Shown: positions 1 to 11,214 of the stretch, in pieces
Layout: the number at the start of each line of letters is the position of its first letter
Position numbering within the stretch: the first letter of the stretch is position 1
Assembly: GCA_030265395.1 (NCBI GenBank)
Contig: JARFYF010000074.1
Location: forward strand, 74,904,285-74,968,284
Reading direction: 5' to 3'
Source: Rhina ancylostomus
Taxonomy: Eukaryota
DNA length: 64,000 nt
Notes under the pieces: model-generated
Databases searched by the model: none
The model's input: the letters and a program-made list of their open reading frames with translations, nothing else
Told to the model about the DNA's origin: nothing
Program-made: the position numbers and the translations under genes

Positions 1-339
1 TGAAGAATGCTCAATATGTGCATTATTCAGATAATAAAAGATGAAGAGATACGTGTAAAATAACAAGACAAATTATCTGCTGTTCAATTACTGTACTGTG
101 CAACTTAATGCATTGACTGTCTGAAGATTATAATTTAATTCATGATTGTGATTACATGCATCTTGAGGGAAACCCGTGTCTTCTTTTTTAGATTATTGGT
201 CTAAAACAATCGAAGTCCAGGATAATGCCTCAGTAAATCAGACACATTTCCAAGAGATTTCACCATCTTTATTGAATTTACTATCAAATAGTGGCAATAA
301 ATTTGAGTGAGCAATTCTATCAGGGGAACTTGGAGTAGA

Positions 340-735
340 AATTGGTTATGCCATGTTTTTGTAATCGCATGCCCAATACTGGACTTCCAAAATGGACACT
401 ATCCTGAACTCTGTCATGGGAAGCTGTGACCAGGCAGAGAGAGGAAAACATTCAAAGATACGATCAAAGTTTCCATGAGGAAATGCAACATCCCCATTGG
501 CTCCTGGGAATTTTTGGCACGTGACTGCTCAGGGTGCAGAAGGAGCATCCGGGATGATATTGAGAACCTTGAATCCATGCATCAGGAACACACGAAAACC
601 CTGCATAATCCTTTTCAACGCTTCCTGCCCCATCTACGGAACCATCTACAGTTGCCACATTGGCCTTATCTGCTGCCTCAGACCCATAAAACCAGAGTGG
701 AATCCTGTGGGACAGAAGAAGAAGAAGAAGAAGAA
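340..735 (+). mobile_element. RTE-clade LINE, 3' end (5'-truncated, decayed) with (GAA)7 tail
   Basis: Translation MRKCNIPIGSWEFLARDCSGCRRSIRDDIENLESM resembles the RTE ORF C-terminus (KCNI..WE.LA.DR..WR..I). The element ends in a GAA microsatellite at 715-735, typical of RTE tails. Confidence 0.8.
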
Positions 736-739
736 TATT

Positions 740-1620
740 AAAGAGGAGGGAGGAGATCAGGAAAAGGAATAAGGTTGGGAAAGAGCTGGAGAAATTAATA
801 ACTATCATGGAATGGACCCCGAAGGTCTTTCCTAAATAAAAGATTTTTCAAACTGTAGAAAGATTAGAGATGTAAAAAGAAATAATTCTGTGCAGGCTGG
901 GGTAATAATTAGGCATTCTGCACCTCTCCTCACGAGAGATGCTGCCTATGTAGAAGTGCAGGAGGAGGCTGTGGCAATATTGAACAGGATAAAAATAGAG
1001 TTGGTACTTAAAAAAGATCAACAGTCTTCAACATAAAAGAGAGTAACCCATTTCAGAAAGGATTTGAGGCTTTGAACAGTTTTCCAATTCTCCTTGGATG
1101 AGGGAGAGTGGTGGAGGATCAAAGGATTGCAAATATTACACCCCAATTTAAAATAAAAACAGGGATAAAACTTGTAACCTCAGGCCACTGTATTATCAGT
1201 GGGAGAAATAATTTTTTTTAAATACTTTGAGGCAAAGTTATTTGGCATTTGGAAAAGTGTGCACGAATGAAGGCAAAGGAATAAAGATTTATGAAATCTT
1301 TGACTGATTTGGACAAATACTTTGAAGCCACATAGATGGCTAATGAGAGTAGTGTAGTTGTTATGTGGAAGGATCACATGTTGGACTTGTTAGCAAAAAT
1401 TAAGCCCAAGGTAATATTTTAATAAGGAAAGTGAGGAGGCAATATGAGAAAATATGGCTCAATATCAAAGAGAGAGCAGAAACAAGGAATAAGTTGTCAG
1501 TGCAAAAATATTTGAAGGTAGCAGGAAAGGTGAAGAAGACTTTGAAAAGGCATATAATTAAGAGAGGAGTAGTATATATCAGACAGGAAGTCGTGCTAAG
1601 TTCATAGTTATGTCAGAAGC
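740..1620 (+). mobile_element. Old CR1 (HER1-like) LINE ORF2 remnant
   Basis: Decayed match at about 1080-1210 to the CR1 motif F.SSL..G.V.EDW..ANITP.FK...RDK..N.RP...SVVG (tttccaattctccttggatgagggagagtggtggaggat...gcaaatattacacccc). Confidence 0.65.
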
Positions 1621-2383
1621 CTTGTGCTTGTGTTACATTACTGCTGTAAAAGTGTGGTGGATCAACCAGCTGGATTGAGCACAGATGGAGCTGTTACTAT
1701 ACTGGTTAATATTTGACATGTTTTATGCTTGTAAAATTGGCACAGCATTGTAAGATTTAGATCCATTATTGCCAAATTACATCCACAGGGTGGAGAAATT
1801 CCTTCAGTATCAGTATAAATGAAGTGTTTTACTTGAGGATGGTAGAAAAGTAATTTTACAGTTAGGGCACAATAAAATTCCAAGTGAGGTCCCTAGAAGG
1901 TCAAAAGATTTCAGTTTGGTAAGGAGCTACTTGAAATTCTCCTGCAAAAAAACCTCAGTAACAAAATGTGTTGTGTAAATGAGCTGCTGACGAGAACAGT
2001 TATTGACTGTGCAATGTTGTACTGAGCATTTCTACTGTGAAAATGTATTGACGCACAAGTGCAGTTCATGACAGTTTATTTGTTTAGCTGTATAATGCCA
2101 TAACTGTGATTTATTCATTGAAATTCAAAGGGTGCTTCTTCATGTGTTCCTTTCTGTGGAAAAAAAACAAGAGAGATTTAACCAAGGAAAATTCATCTGA
2201 TTAACATCCAAAATGTCAATTCTTTCTCAAGTACTGCTCCCACCAAAATAAACGTACCATCTTCATGCTGTTTATAAACCATCATAGTACCTAGTGCTAA
2301 CTAAATGTATCCAAGCAAAATGTTATTACTTAAAGTCTTGGTGAGTTGCTGCAGTGCATTTTGTATCATCTACAAAATACACA

Positions 2384-2687
2384 GCAGCAATTCACCAACA
2401 TTTCTTTGACAGCATCTTCCTCCAACACCGAGAGAGAGACCAAGGCAACAAGGGCACAGGAACACCAACAGCTTCAAGTAGTCCTCCATCGCACACAGTC
2501 CCGATTTTAAAACATGATGCTGGGTCTAAATGCTGGAACCCTTTACTTACCAGCTCTGTAGGACTATCTTCATCAGAAGGACTACAGGGATTTAAGAAGG
2601 TGGGTCATTCCCCCCTTATCAGAGGCAGATGGGGATGGGTAATAGATGCTATCTCTGCCCACATCATGGAAATAAATTTAAAAAAAG
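2384..2687 (+). mobile_element. 3' end of a second elasmobranch LINE family (CR1/L2 group)
   Basis: Characteristic 3' sequence gacagcatcttcc...caagggca...gctgggtctaaatgctggaac...aagaagg...gggatgggtaatagatgct...cccacatc followed by an A-rich end. The same family occurs at 7150, 48400, 58760 and 61480. Confidence 0.7.
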
Positions 2688-2699
2688 CACAGATGCATT

Positions 2700-2946
2700 T
2701 CAGCTCGTTGACTGTTCGCTGTTCAGTTGTGGAGCTGCTTCCTTGAGTTCTCATTTGATATTTCTGATTGATATCAAAGTTAGTAGTTGCTTCTTTTTTG
2801 TTACAATTGGTGGCAGTCTCTCCCCTTTTTCATTCATGTCTTTTCATCATCAAGCCTTCACCACCCTCTTTCAGTTCATGCCACCAATACTTGCGTCATT
2901 ACATTTCTCTTCATCGCCACTACATCACAAACTGTCCTGTTGTTCT

Positions 2947-2985
<39 letters not shown>

Positions 2986-3120
2986 NNNNNNNNNNACAAA
3001 CTGGATTTCTAACTTGGGTTAGGTCTGACGAAAGGTCATTAATCTGAAATGTTAACTCCATTTCTCTCTCCTCAGATGCTGTCTGACCAGTTGTGTATTT
3101 TCAGCATCTGCAGCTTTTAA
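2700..3120 (+). mobile_element. Penelope-like element (PLE) terminal-repeat remnant with hammerhead-like motif
   Basis: ctgacgaaaggtcattaatctgaaatgttaact...ctcagatgctgtctgaccag...cagcatctgcag, a widespread elasmobranch PLE-derived repeat. Interrupted by a poly-G run and an N gap. Confidence 0.6.
3021..3057 (+). ncRNA. Degenerate minimal type I hammerhead ribozyme motif (PLE-type)
   Basis: CTGACGA (3025-3031), imperfect stem II, GAAA (3046-3049), TGTT, then AACT partly pairing with AGGT at 3021. Confidence 0.45.
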
Positions 3121-3159
3121 ACAAATAGTTTTTTAAAAAGAAAATGACTATTTTGAAGT

Positions 3160-3700
3160 GGTAAATGGATACAATACTTCACAAGGGATTTGTTAGAAAT
3201 CATCAAGTAAATGACACAGAGGTAACTCAACAGCATGGTAGAAATTATATTTATGAATGGAAAAAATTAGCTCACATTGGAGAAGGATTGCAAGTGATGA
3301 ACTCGGTGTTCAATGCTACATCAGTTTTGATCTTGGTGTCGGAAAGAGGATATTTCATGAAGGCTTGCACACTTCAAAATTATATGCCAGAACTATTTAA
3401 TGTGAAGAGCTGTGAGGTAATATATTTTGTTGGGGAAAATAGAAATTACAAATATGCATTAAATAGAAAAACAGCACAAGTATTCCTGTTCGTTACTGTC
3501 AAAGTCAGTGTCTAAAGTGTGGTAAAACTGTGGAAGCAGCAAGTAAACCATTTCAATGTCATGAAAAGATCTCTAAAGTACAGGCTTAACGGTTAACTTG
3601 TACAAGTGTTGGCTAGGCCACAGTGAGAATACTATGTCCAGCTTTAAAGCCCATGATAGAAGAGACTCCAAGATAAATTTGTTGAGAATTTTAAAGGTGT
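3160..3700 (+). mobile_element. Highly decayed CR1 RT-region remnant
   Basis: FNVKSCEVIYF motif (CR1 FN..KCEV.HF) and ttgtacaagtgttggctaggccacag...gaatactatgtccag (LY..LVRPHLEYCVQ-like). Confidence 0.55.
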
Positions 3701-5839
3701 TTTGCTCAATGATTGACATCAGTAAAGAGGGAAAATTAATTTTCATTCAGACAAACAAGAACAAGCAAGGTTGAAAGAAACTTATTTACCACAGTTTTTT
3801 TTGATAATGACATATTTTAATTTNNNNNNNNNNNNNNNNNNNNNNNNNNNNNNNNNNNNNNNNNNNNNNNNNNNNNNNNNNNNNNNNNNNNNNNNNNNNN
3901 NNNNNNNNNNNNNNNNNNNNNNNAGTTTTTTTTGATAATGACATATTTTAATTTGTTAACAAAAATGTAGATTCCAAAGGAACACATTAAGTGTAGGAAG
4001 TTGCTATCCAGGACAAATGTCTGCAAATGGGTTCGTTTTCTGGGGCATAAGTGGCTGAAGTGCGTACTGCCTTCAAGGTTTGTAGCAACAAGTGCCAAAG
4101 GCTTATTTTGCAATAACTCCAAAATGCAAAACATCATTACTTCTAATCTCACACCACCATGGATATATAATCCCATTCCTCTGATGTGGCTGAGTCAGTT
4201 CTGCAGCTGCCTCCCTGAAAGCAGTGTTATGGCAGCACACTGATCACATGAACTGCACAGGTTTGAGGTGGTTCATCACCAACTATGAGAATCAACTAAA
4301 TTCATTGGTTTGACCTTTAGTCATCGTGATTTGATCTACGTATCACTGCAAAAGAAAGCAGAGTGCAGCTTCTTTTTTGACAACTGTTCAGACGTCAATT
4401 TAAAAAATTCACTGAAGACTCGAGAAATGTTTTTCAGCAAATACATGACATCTTAAGGGTTAAACAGAAAAGGTGCTGAGTCGTGGAAAGCATTAAAGCA
4501 GACTGGAGTAAGTTCAGAAAGAAGAAGTACTTAACTGTAGAAGGTGTTGGCTGTTGTTGGGTACGTACAGGTTAAATGACAGAACAGATTGATCCAAGTA
4601 ATTCAAAGCCAATGGTTAACTGGAGTAGACACTGTGTAAAACTGGCCTGTTTGTGATGTACAGTATGTGGTTACCCTCTGAGACCTTACCCGTTTAATAT
4701 CGCAGCAAGCACAAGTGTCATTTGCTATTTACTTTTAATGAGAGCTCACTTTATCGGCAAATTGAATATACTTCCTTTCAAGTCTCATTTTAATTTCTTA
4801 TGGGCCCCACACAGCTTATACAACAAATTATAATTAACGGTGACAAACACTTGTGAACAGAGCTGACTACATAACTGCAGAAAAAAGATGTTTTGGCCTT
4901 GTATAGAGAACTCTGTGTGGTATTGAATTGCAGAGCTGTTTTCATGTTTAAAAAAAATATAGGGAATCCAATCTCTCTTCTGCCCCACTGCAACACTGAA
5001 GATTATGGCAGTAATCTGAAGATCAAAAGGCTAGTATTCCATTGAGAAAAAGAAAACAAAGGTCAGATTTCTGATTCAGTCTGCATCAGTCTCCATCTGA
5101 CCTGTACCTATGAACCTCATTCTCTTGGAGAGCTGCTGTGTTTTCTCTCTAAATTATTGGTTTTCCTATTGTACTTTTCCTCTTTACTGTACATAACAAC
5201 AAACTGTGAGAATTAGATGTGCAGCCAAAAAAAGAGGATCTCCTCAATTTACACTACACTTTGGAGCTTAACGCCATACAACGTCAATCCAGTGATATAT
5301 TAAGCAATCTGGCATTGGTACATTAAATTCTAATAACATGCTGTCATGATAGACACCCGGTCACAGGAAATCTTATTGTGCAAAAATCCTTTGGGAGAAC
5401 CCTACATTAAGGTTTAGTCTGGTGAATGTTTAGATGAGTTGAATTGAATGAGAGTACTTGTGACAGTGGAGCAATCATACAGTACAGAAAGAGATGAGAC
5501 GGGCAAAAGACTGCTTTACAAGCTAATTACTATTCATTACCATGTTTAATTACTGAGGTGTTGGACATTTATAAAAGACATCACAACTTGCATTCAGTCT
5601 TTAATTCTTTTACACATTGATCTTGATTATTATATAAAAAGCATACTAAATAGCTAGCCATTTGAAGAAATGATTAAGATTTTATGTGCAGGCTGACTTT
5701 AGAACTTGGACTGGAATAAACATCAAAAATCCCTCAAGTNNNNNNNNNNNNNNNNNNNNNNNNNNNNNNNNNNNNNNNNNNNNNNNNNNNNNNNNNNNNN
5801 NNNNNNNNNNNNNNNNNNNNNNNNNNNNNNNNNNNNNNN

Positions 5840-6135
5840 ATCCTCTTATTCCAGATGTATAGAATGCCTTTGGATTCTCCTTAATCCTACTTGCTAAGGA
5901 CTTTTCACGGCCCCTCGTTTTCCTAATTCCTTTCTTGAGTTGATTTCTAGTTTCTCTATAGTCTTTATGTGCTCTGTTTGATCCTAACTTCTGAAGATCT
6001 ACATACTTGTCCTTTTTCTTCTTGACTAAGTTCATTACTTCTCTGGACATCAAGGTTCCCTTATTTTCCCGCCATACCTATCCTGTACTCTGTATTTGAT
6101 CCTTAAACACTTTCCACATGCTCGACATGGACTCG
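5840..6135 (-). mobile_element. CR1 (HER1-like) ORF2 fragment
   Basis: Minus-strand translation RETRNQLKKGIRKTRGREKSLASRIKENPKAFY, a CR1 ORF2 signature. Confidence 0.85.
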
Positions 6136-6597
6136 CCAGCAATTTCTATTTAATTTTGTTATATTCTCTTATCTTTGAAGATGTTTCATCCTTAATCATG
6201 AAACATTCTCTTCCCTCTAACATTTCCCCAATATTTCCTTTATGCCTTATTGCATGCATATTTAGTTCATAGTCATGTTTCAGTAATCTCTCCAAGTTAC
6301 ATCTGTAAAGCTAAATTTGTTCTTGTATTTTGATGTAATTGTTCTGTACAAACTCTATTTGCATAAAGAGCAATTATTTAGGTGACATATCCTAATGTGC
6401 CCTTCTCAAATATTTTTGTCACATTTTTCTTTGATTAATTACTTTACATCTTGCAGCTTTCTTTCACCCATAGTATCTAAAGCACAGTTTCTGACTATTG
6501 CTCTATTCTTTTTATTTTCATTTGCTTTCGAATTACTGGGCTAGATTGTACTGCATCTGATTGTACTACACTGCCCGACGTTGAATCCCGCAATCCT

Positions 6598-6842
6598 GAA
6601 GATACAAGGGACTGCAGATGCTGCAATCTGGAGCAACCCACCTCCCAGCTACTGACTTCACTCCCCCTTGCCTATCACCTGCCAGCTCCTGCTCAACCTC
6701 TTTCCTCTACATTTTTATACTGGCTATCTCCCTTCTTTCCAGTCCAGCTGAAGGGTTTTGACCCAAAATGTTGACTATCCATTTCCCTTGATAGATGCTG
6801 CCTGACGTGCTGAGTTCCTCTGGTGCTTTTTGTGTTGCTTGC
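6598..6842 (+). mobile_element. PLE-derived short element with inverted 5' piece and hammerhead-like motif
   Basis: Starts ctgcagatgctgcaatctggagcaac and ends gatgctgcctgacgtgctgagttcctc...tgtgttgct (inverted relationship). Motif agtc-cagctga-agggt-tttg-accc-aaaa-tgtt-gact at 6741-6776. Confidence 0.7.
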
Positions 6843-7149
6843 GCAATCTTGCCTGCCTGCACTAATCTAACCCAGATACAAACAGCTGACTAAAATGACC
6901 CTCTGTACCTGACAGCCATCCTAAAAAGTGGAATGGGCCACCAGTACCAACCAGGCCTTAGTTGAGGGACTTGGAAGCCCCACTACTGATAATCAGAGAC
7001 ATTTAAAAACAAGTTAAATAGACAAATACCTAAAACAAGGTTAAGTAAAATTAAAAGTAATAAACTGAATTAAAAACACTAAAGTCTTAGAAGTTAAAGC
7101 ATTAAAATAATGTAAGAGAAAAAAATAAATAAAGCATTTTCTGTAATTT

Positions 7150-7690
7150 CTGGTGAATTATCTTGAAGCAGTTCATACCTCATGATGAAAGCTCTCTTGC
7201 ATAGTTCAAGTTAGAGTATTCAGGTCTTGGATCAGTAGTGATGAAAGAACTGCAATATATTTTCAGATCAGAATGCAGGTGTATCCTGGAGAGGAACCTG
7301 CAGCTGGGGTGTTCCCACATATCTGCTGTCCTTTTCCTGTTTGGTGGTCACAAGTTTGTGGGGTGCTGTTAAAGAAGCTTTGACAGGTGCATTCTTTGGT
7401 GGGACACAATGCAGCCATTGGTGGAGGAAATGAATGCTTGTGGTGATGGATAGTTAATTGGCTATTGACTGGGTTACTTTATTTGAGATGGGGCTGAACA
7501 TAGAGTGTTGGAGCTAAAGACAAGTGGAGTGCATTCCTTCACATCTCTAATTTGTGCCTTGAAGATGTGAGAACGGCTTTGGAAAGTCAGAAGACGAGTC
7601 AGTCACTGAAAGTACCTAAATTCTGACTTGCTCTTCCAGCCACAGTATTTAAGTGGCTGGTCCAGTTACATTTTTAATGATGTATACCAG
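7150..7690 (-). mobile_element. Second LINE family (CR1/L2 group), 3' ORF2 and 3' UTR
   Basis: Reverse complement matches the copies at 2384-2687 and 62740-62935 (e.g. gtgttcccacatatctgctgtcc, gccacagtatttaagtggctggtccagtt). Confidence 0.7.
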
Positions 7691-10152
7691 ATCCCAGAAC
7701 AACAGGAATGATGTATTAGTTGAATCATCCATTTTAAACATTGCACTCAATAAAGCTTGGTCAAGAAATAGAGGCCTTCACAAGTGATTCTCTCACTGTT
7801 GTGGAAATTATGCTGTGTTCTCTTGATGTGAAGTGGTGGTTCAGAATCAATCTTCTGAACCTCAGCTTTCACTTAACAATAACGTACAAAGTGCCTCTAA
7901 CAAAAAGCAATGGGCTCATCTCACAGCTTAAAAATATAAAAATGGTGAGAAGACAAAAAAATCAGCTTGCTTGATCTTCCCCCCTTTTGGTTCGGTGAAA
8001 AAAATCCTTTTCTTCCCTCTACCCTCCATAATCCCAACACACCCGTTTCTCCAGTGACTTGCCTGATTGACCTGTGTTCTGCAACCAGATCATGGAATCA
8101 TCGAGAAATACAACATGAGCCCTTCGGCCCACTGAGTCCACGTTGACTATCAAGTACCCATTTACTCTAATCCTGTTGTGTCAAGAAATTGTCCAAGATT
8201 AAAAGTATGCCCAATGGAGATGTTTCCAGTGAGGGCGAATTGACTGATTGCTGCCAGCTGAGAATCTACACGTTACTGCTGGTTGACAGAGCCTTTGAAA
8301 AATTAAGAATACAAAAAAGTCAAAAGAAAAAATAGAAATGAAACAGACTGGGGGTGGGGAGAAGCTGGTTAAAATTATGTACAAATTAGCAAGGGAACAA
8401 AAACACTAAAATAAATGATTAAAATTCAGCAAAATTGTCTGCAGAGCAGAGGCAGGGAATTTGCCTTTTCTGAAAGTGCAGCTGGTTTTACATTCTGGAT
8501 ACAGAAATAACACCATAATATTTGGCTCTTCATAATTATTTGAAATATTTTTCAATTTCACTTTTGTTTTTTTTTGTGCCATATTCCTTAATTGTTTTGT
8601 TTTCTGTTTTGAGTTTTTCCCTCATCAGTACTGTTGGATCTCTATTCTCCTTCAGCATCTGGGTCTATCACTTTTGAAGATTTGTGTTGTGTTTTCTTTC
8701 AATTTAAAGCTGAGATTCAGGATTACTGTCCTGAACTTCAACCTTTGCATATCAAAAACATACATGGTACCTAAAAATAAACACATCCTTCCACATTTGT
8801 CTCAAAAATTCAAATTTTCTGCCCTATGCTGTAATTTGGATCCTCTTTCATGCAATAGCTTCTGGAGTAGTTAAGGAATATTGGCAGTTGCATATAACTT
8901 TGTTCTTTCCTATTCATTTAATGATCTGTTTTCTATTTTTATTCAATGGAAAGACTTAGACTAAAAGAGAGATGAGATGGGTTGTCTTTTTCAAGTGCTT
9001 GGAGACATTGAATTTCCAGATGCAATGGCAATTTCTTTGCATTGAGTTGGAGATGTGTTTTTTTTTACCTCCCGTAACTTATAAAATATGGCCTTTCCAT
9101 TTCCAACAGACCTACCTGATCCTGTGCAGTTACAAGCACTGGATGCTTTCATTGTTCCTCCTTTTTTTTTTACTTTTGACACAAAAACATGCAGGTAATT
9201 TTCCAAATCTAAGCAGAAGCAATAAAAAAAACATTTGTAGGATTTTAGTGACAGTGATATGATAATATCTATGAGTTTTATCTTTAAATCCCCTTCCTGC
9301 AGTGTTGGAAGCTTTCATTATTTTTAGAGGCACCTGCTAGGTGATGATGGTTTTCAACTGTTTTTGGATAGGACAGAAATATGTGCAGAATTCTACTTCT
9401 GAGACTACAAATGCATGCAGGGTGCATGGTAAACACTGATAATTCCTCTTGCACCAACTGGATATAGTGCTGTACTTTTTTGAAGTATCAGGTTTACTTG
9501 TTCTTGGTATTATGCAGCAACAATTTTGTACATGTCATTCAAAATATATTGTTTATTTTGAAAAGTCAACGACCAAATTATCTCACAGAAATGTAATAAC
9601 ATGCTGAGAGGACGTGAATTATACTTAATATATGTGTAAATGGGTAACATTATAACCCTGATTTTAAGCATCTCAATTGGCAGTTTGCAACACAATTACA
9701 AATTAGCATCTTTTATTGTTATTAGGCTGGAGTTTAACTTGCAAACTATTTTTCCTTTTTGTAGTCATTGTACCTTAAAATGAGTATCTGGCAGCCATCG
9801 ACGCTCCAGATCGGCAGATCAAAGATATAATAGAACAATAGTGAACTCTGCTCTGATATAATCTGACCTGTGTATTATTGAAACACCAGCAACCCTTCTA
9901 ATTGAGCATAAACACCAATGAAACAATAATGAAAAATAATGATGAGCCTTCATCCCTGATTAATGCTCACTGACTCCAATTTAAACAGGAGACGAGGCAC
10001 ACACTGCAACAGCAGGGCCACATTGCATTAATTACAAATTAATAGCTTTGTTTTTTTGTTATTGTGTAATGCTTTGCATCATTTGAAATAAACGTGCCAT
10101 GAATTATTCCTGCAGTGTGTGGAACTAATTCTGGCATTCAAATTGTCTTCAC

Positions 10153-10189
10153 CTGAATCAGGCTTCAACTTAAAAAATACCAGAAGGTC
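10153..10189 (-). CDS. Candidate second exon of the putative minus-strand gene (DLLVFFKLKPDS)
   Basis: Good acceptor ttattatttctctcctcag, only frame 0 is open, donor CAG|gtgaag. Phase is compatible with the 10674 donor if the gap size is right. Confidence 0.2.
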
Positions 10190-10673
10190 CTGAGGAGAGA
10201 AATAATAAACTAATCGACAAGTGGTGTTAGTCACTTAATGTTAATCACTTTCACTCTTCCACGAAATGGACATTGGGGTTGTTTTTTAAAGGTGGGAGAG
10301 TGTGCGGAGGGAATGTGTTAGTATCTTTCACTGGAGCGGTGCCGGTGTCTGTGTGTGTCGAGCTCCACCTGCTGAAGTCCAGATGGTCTGTGTGTCAGGG
10401 GACTGTTTAAGGCAACCTACAAACTTACTGCTGCTGGGCGCACAACTCACTCCACACAACCACCTCCAAGTTCGTTTGAAGTGCTTCACTTTATATTAAT
10501 CGCTGAAACACAAGCAGTGATATTTTTTACTCCCATTTCTTGAGGACGGGGAGGGAAGGGTCGTTGTGATGTATAATTCACAATTAATGACGGGAAGAAA
10601 GGGAATATGGATTTTCCCCTTTTTTTAAAAAAAATAACCTGCTTCCTGCAAAGGTGCTTTTATTGAAACGTAC

Positions 10674-11015
10674 CCGCGGGCGAGCCTCTTCGATCCTTCT
10701 GCACAATGNNNNNNNNNNNNNNNNNNNNNNNNNNNNNNNNNNNNNNNNNNNNNNNNNNNNNNNNCTGACATAAAGTATCATCTCACTGCACATGCTCATT
10801 CCGATGTTCAAGGTGACGTGCTCCGGCAGTGAACTGTTGCCAGGGAACGATGTGGTGTAGGAGGCGTGGAGTCGCAGCTTGCGGAGGAGCCCCGGCGTGA
10901 GGCGCGGCGCACGGTTGTTGGTAAATATGACGGTGTGGCGGCTGGCGGACGGCGCGGAGGCTGCAGCCAGCGCTGCCTCTGGGCGCTGGGACTGGCGCTC
11001 GGCGCCGCTCTCCAT
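10674..11015 (-). CDS. Candidate first coding exon of an unidentified protein (MESGAERQSQRPEAALAAASAPSASRHTVIFTNNRAPRLTPGLLRKLRLHASY...)
   Basis: ATG at 11015 (ATGG), stop-free with very GC-rich third positions up to the N gap (10709-10764), and a good donor CGG|gtacgt at 10674/10673. No homologue recognised; it may be a CpG-island shadow ORF. Confidence 0.35.
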
Positions 11016-11065
11016 GCAACGGCACTCGTTCGCTGCCCTCCACGCAACGGCACTCGTTCGCTGCC
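11010..11065 (+). repeat. 28-bp direct tandem duplication
   Basis: ctccatgcaacggcactcgttcgctgcc / ctccacgcaacggcactcgttcgctgcc, one mismatch. Confidence 0.95.
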
Positions 11066-11214
11066 CGTGTGGGAGTGCTGGGACGAGGTGGTAGATCTGT
11101 GGGCAAGAAGTTTGGAGCGGATGAGACTTTCTCACGTGCAATGCTCGTGTAAACCGCACTCTTGTCTGAACGTTGCAGGAGGGTTTTCTTTCCAACGTCT
11201 CCATATTTCCTAAA

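Larger units (their letters stand above)
10650..11200. promoter_or_regulatory. CpG-island-like promoter or first-exon region
   Basis: Strong local GC and CpG enrichment against the AT-rich flanks. GTGACGT (CRE-like, 10813-10819), CCGGCAGT (ETS-like) and GTTGCCAGGGAAC (X-box-like, 10836-10848). Confidence 0.65.

Noticed and set aside
2947-2985. 39-nt poly-G run (poly-Gly/Pro ORFs)
   Set aside because: Abuts an N gap; most likely a sequencing or assembly artefact, or an unresolved homopolymer. The same applies to the G run at 13341.
3793-3954. 31-bp direct repeat on both sides of a 100-N gap
   Set aside because: Typical unmerged contig overlap, not a biological repeat.
10765-10940. TIR-domain-like (KLRLH...PG.S) or KCTD-like (LPEHVTLNIG) resemblance of the candidate exon
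   Set aside because: Only a subjective few-residue similarity, and key motifs are absent. No gene symbol assigned.
10866-11213. Plus-strand 115-aa ORF with a hydrophobic stretch
   Set aside because: No ATG start, it crosses the non-triplet 28-bp duplication, and such ORFs are expected in GC-rich DNA.
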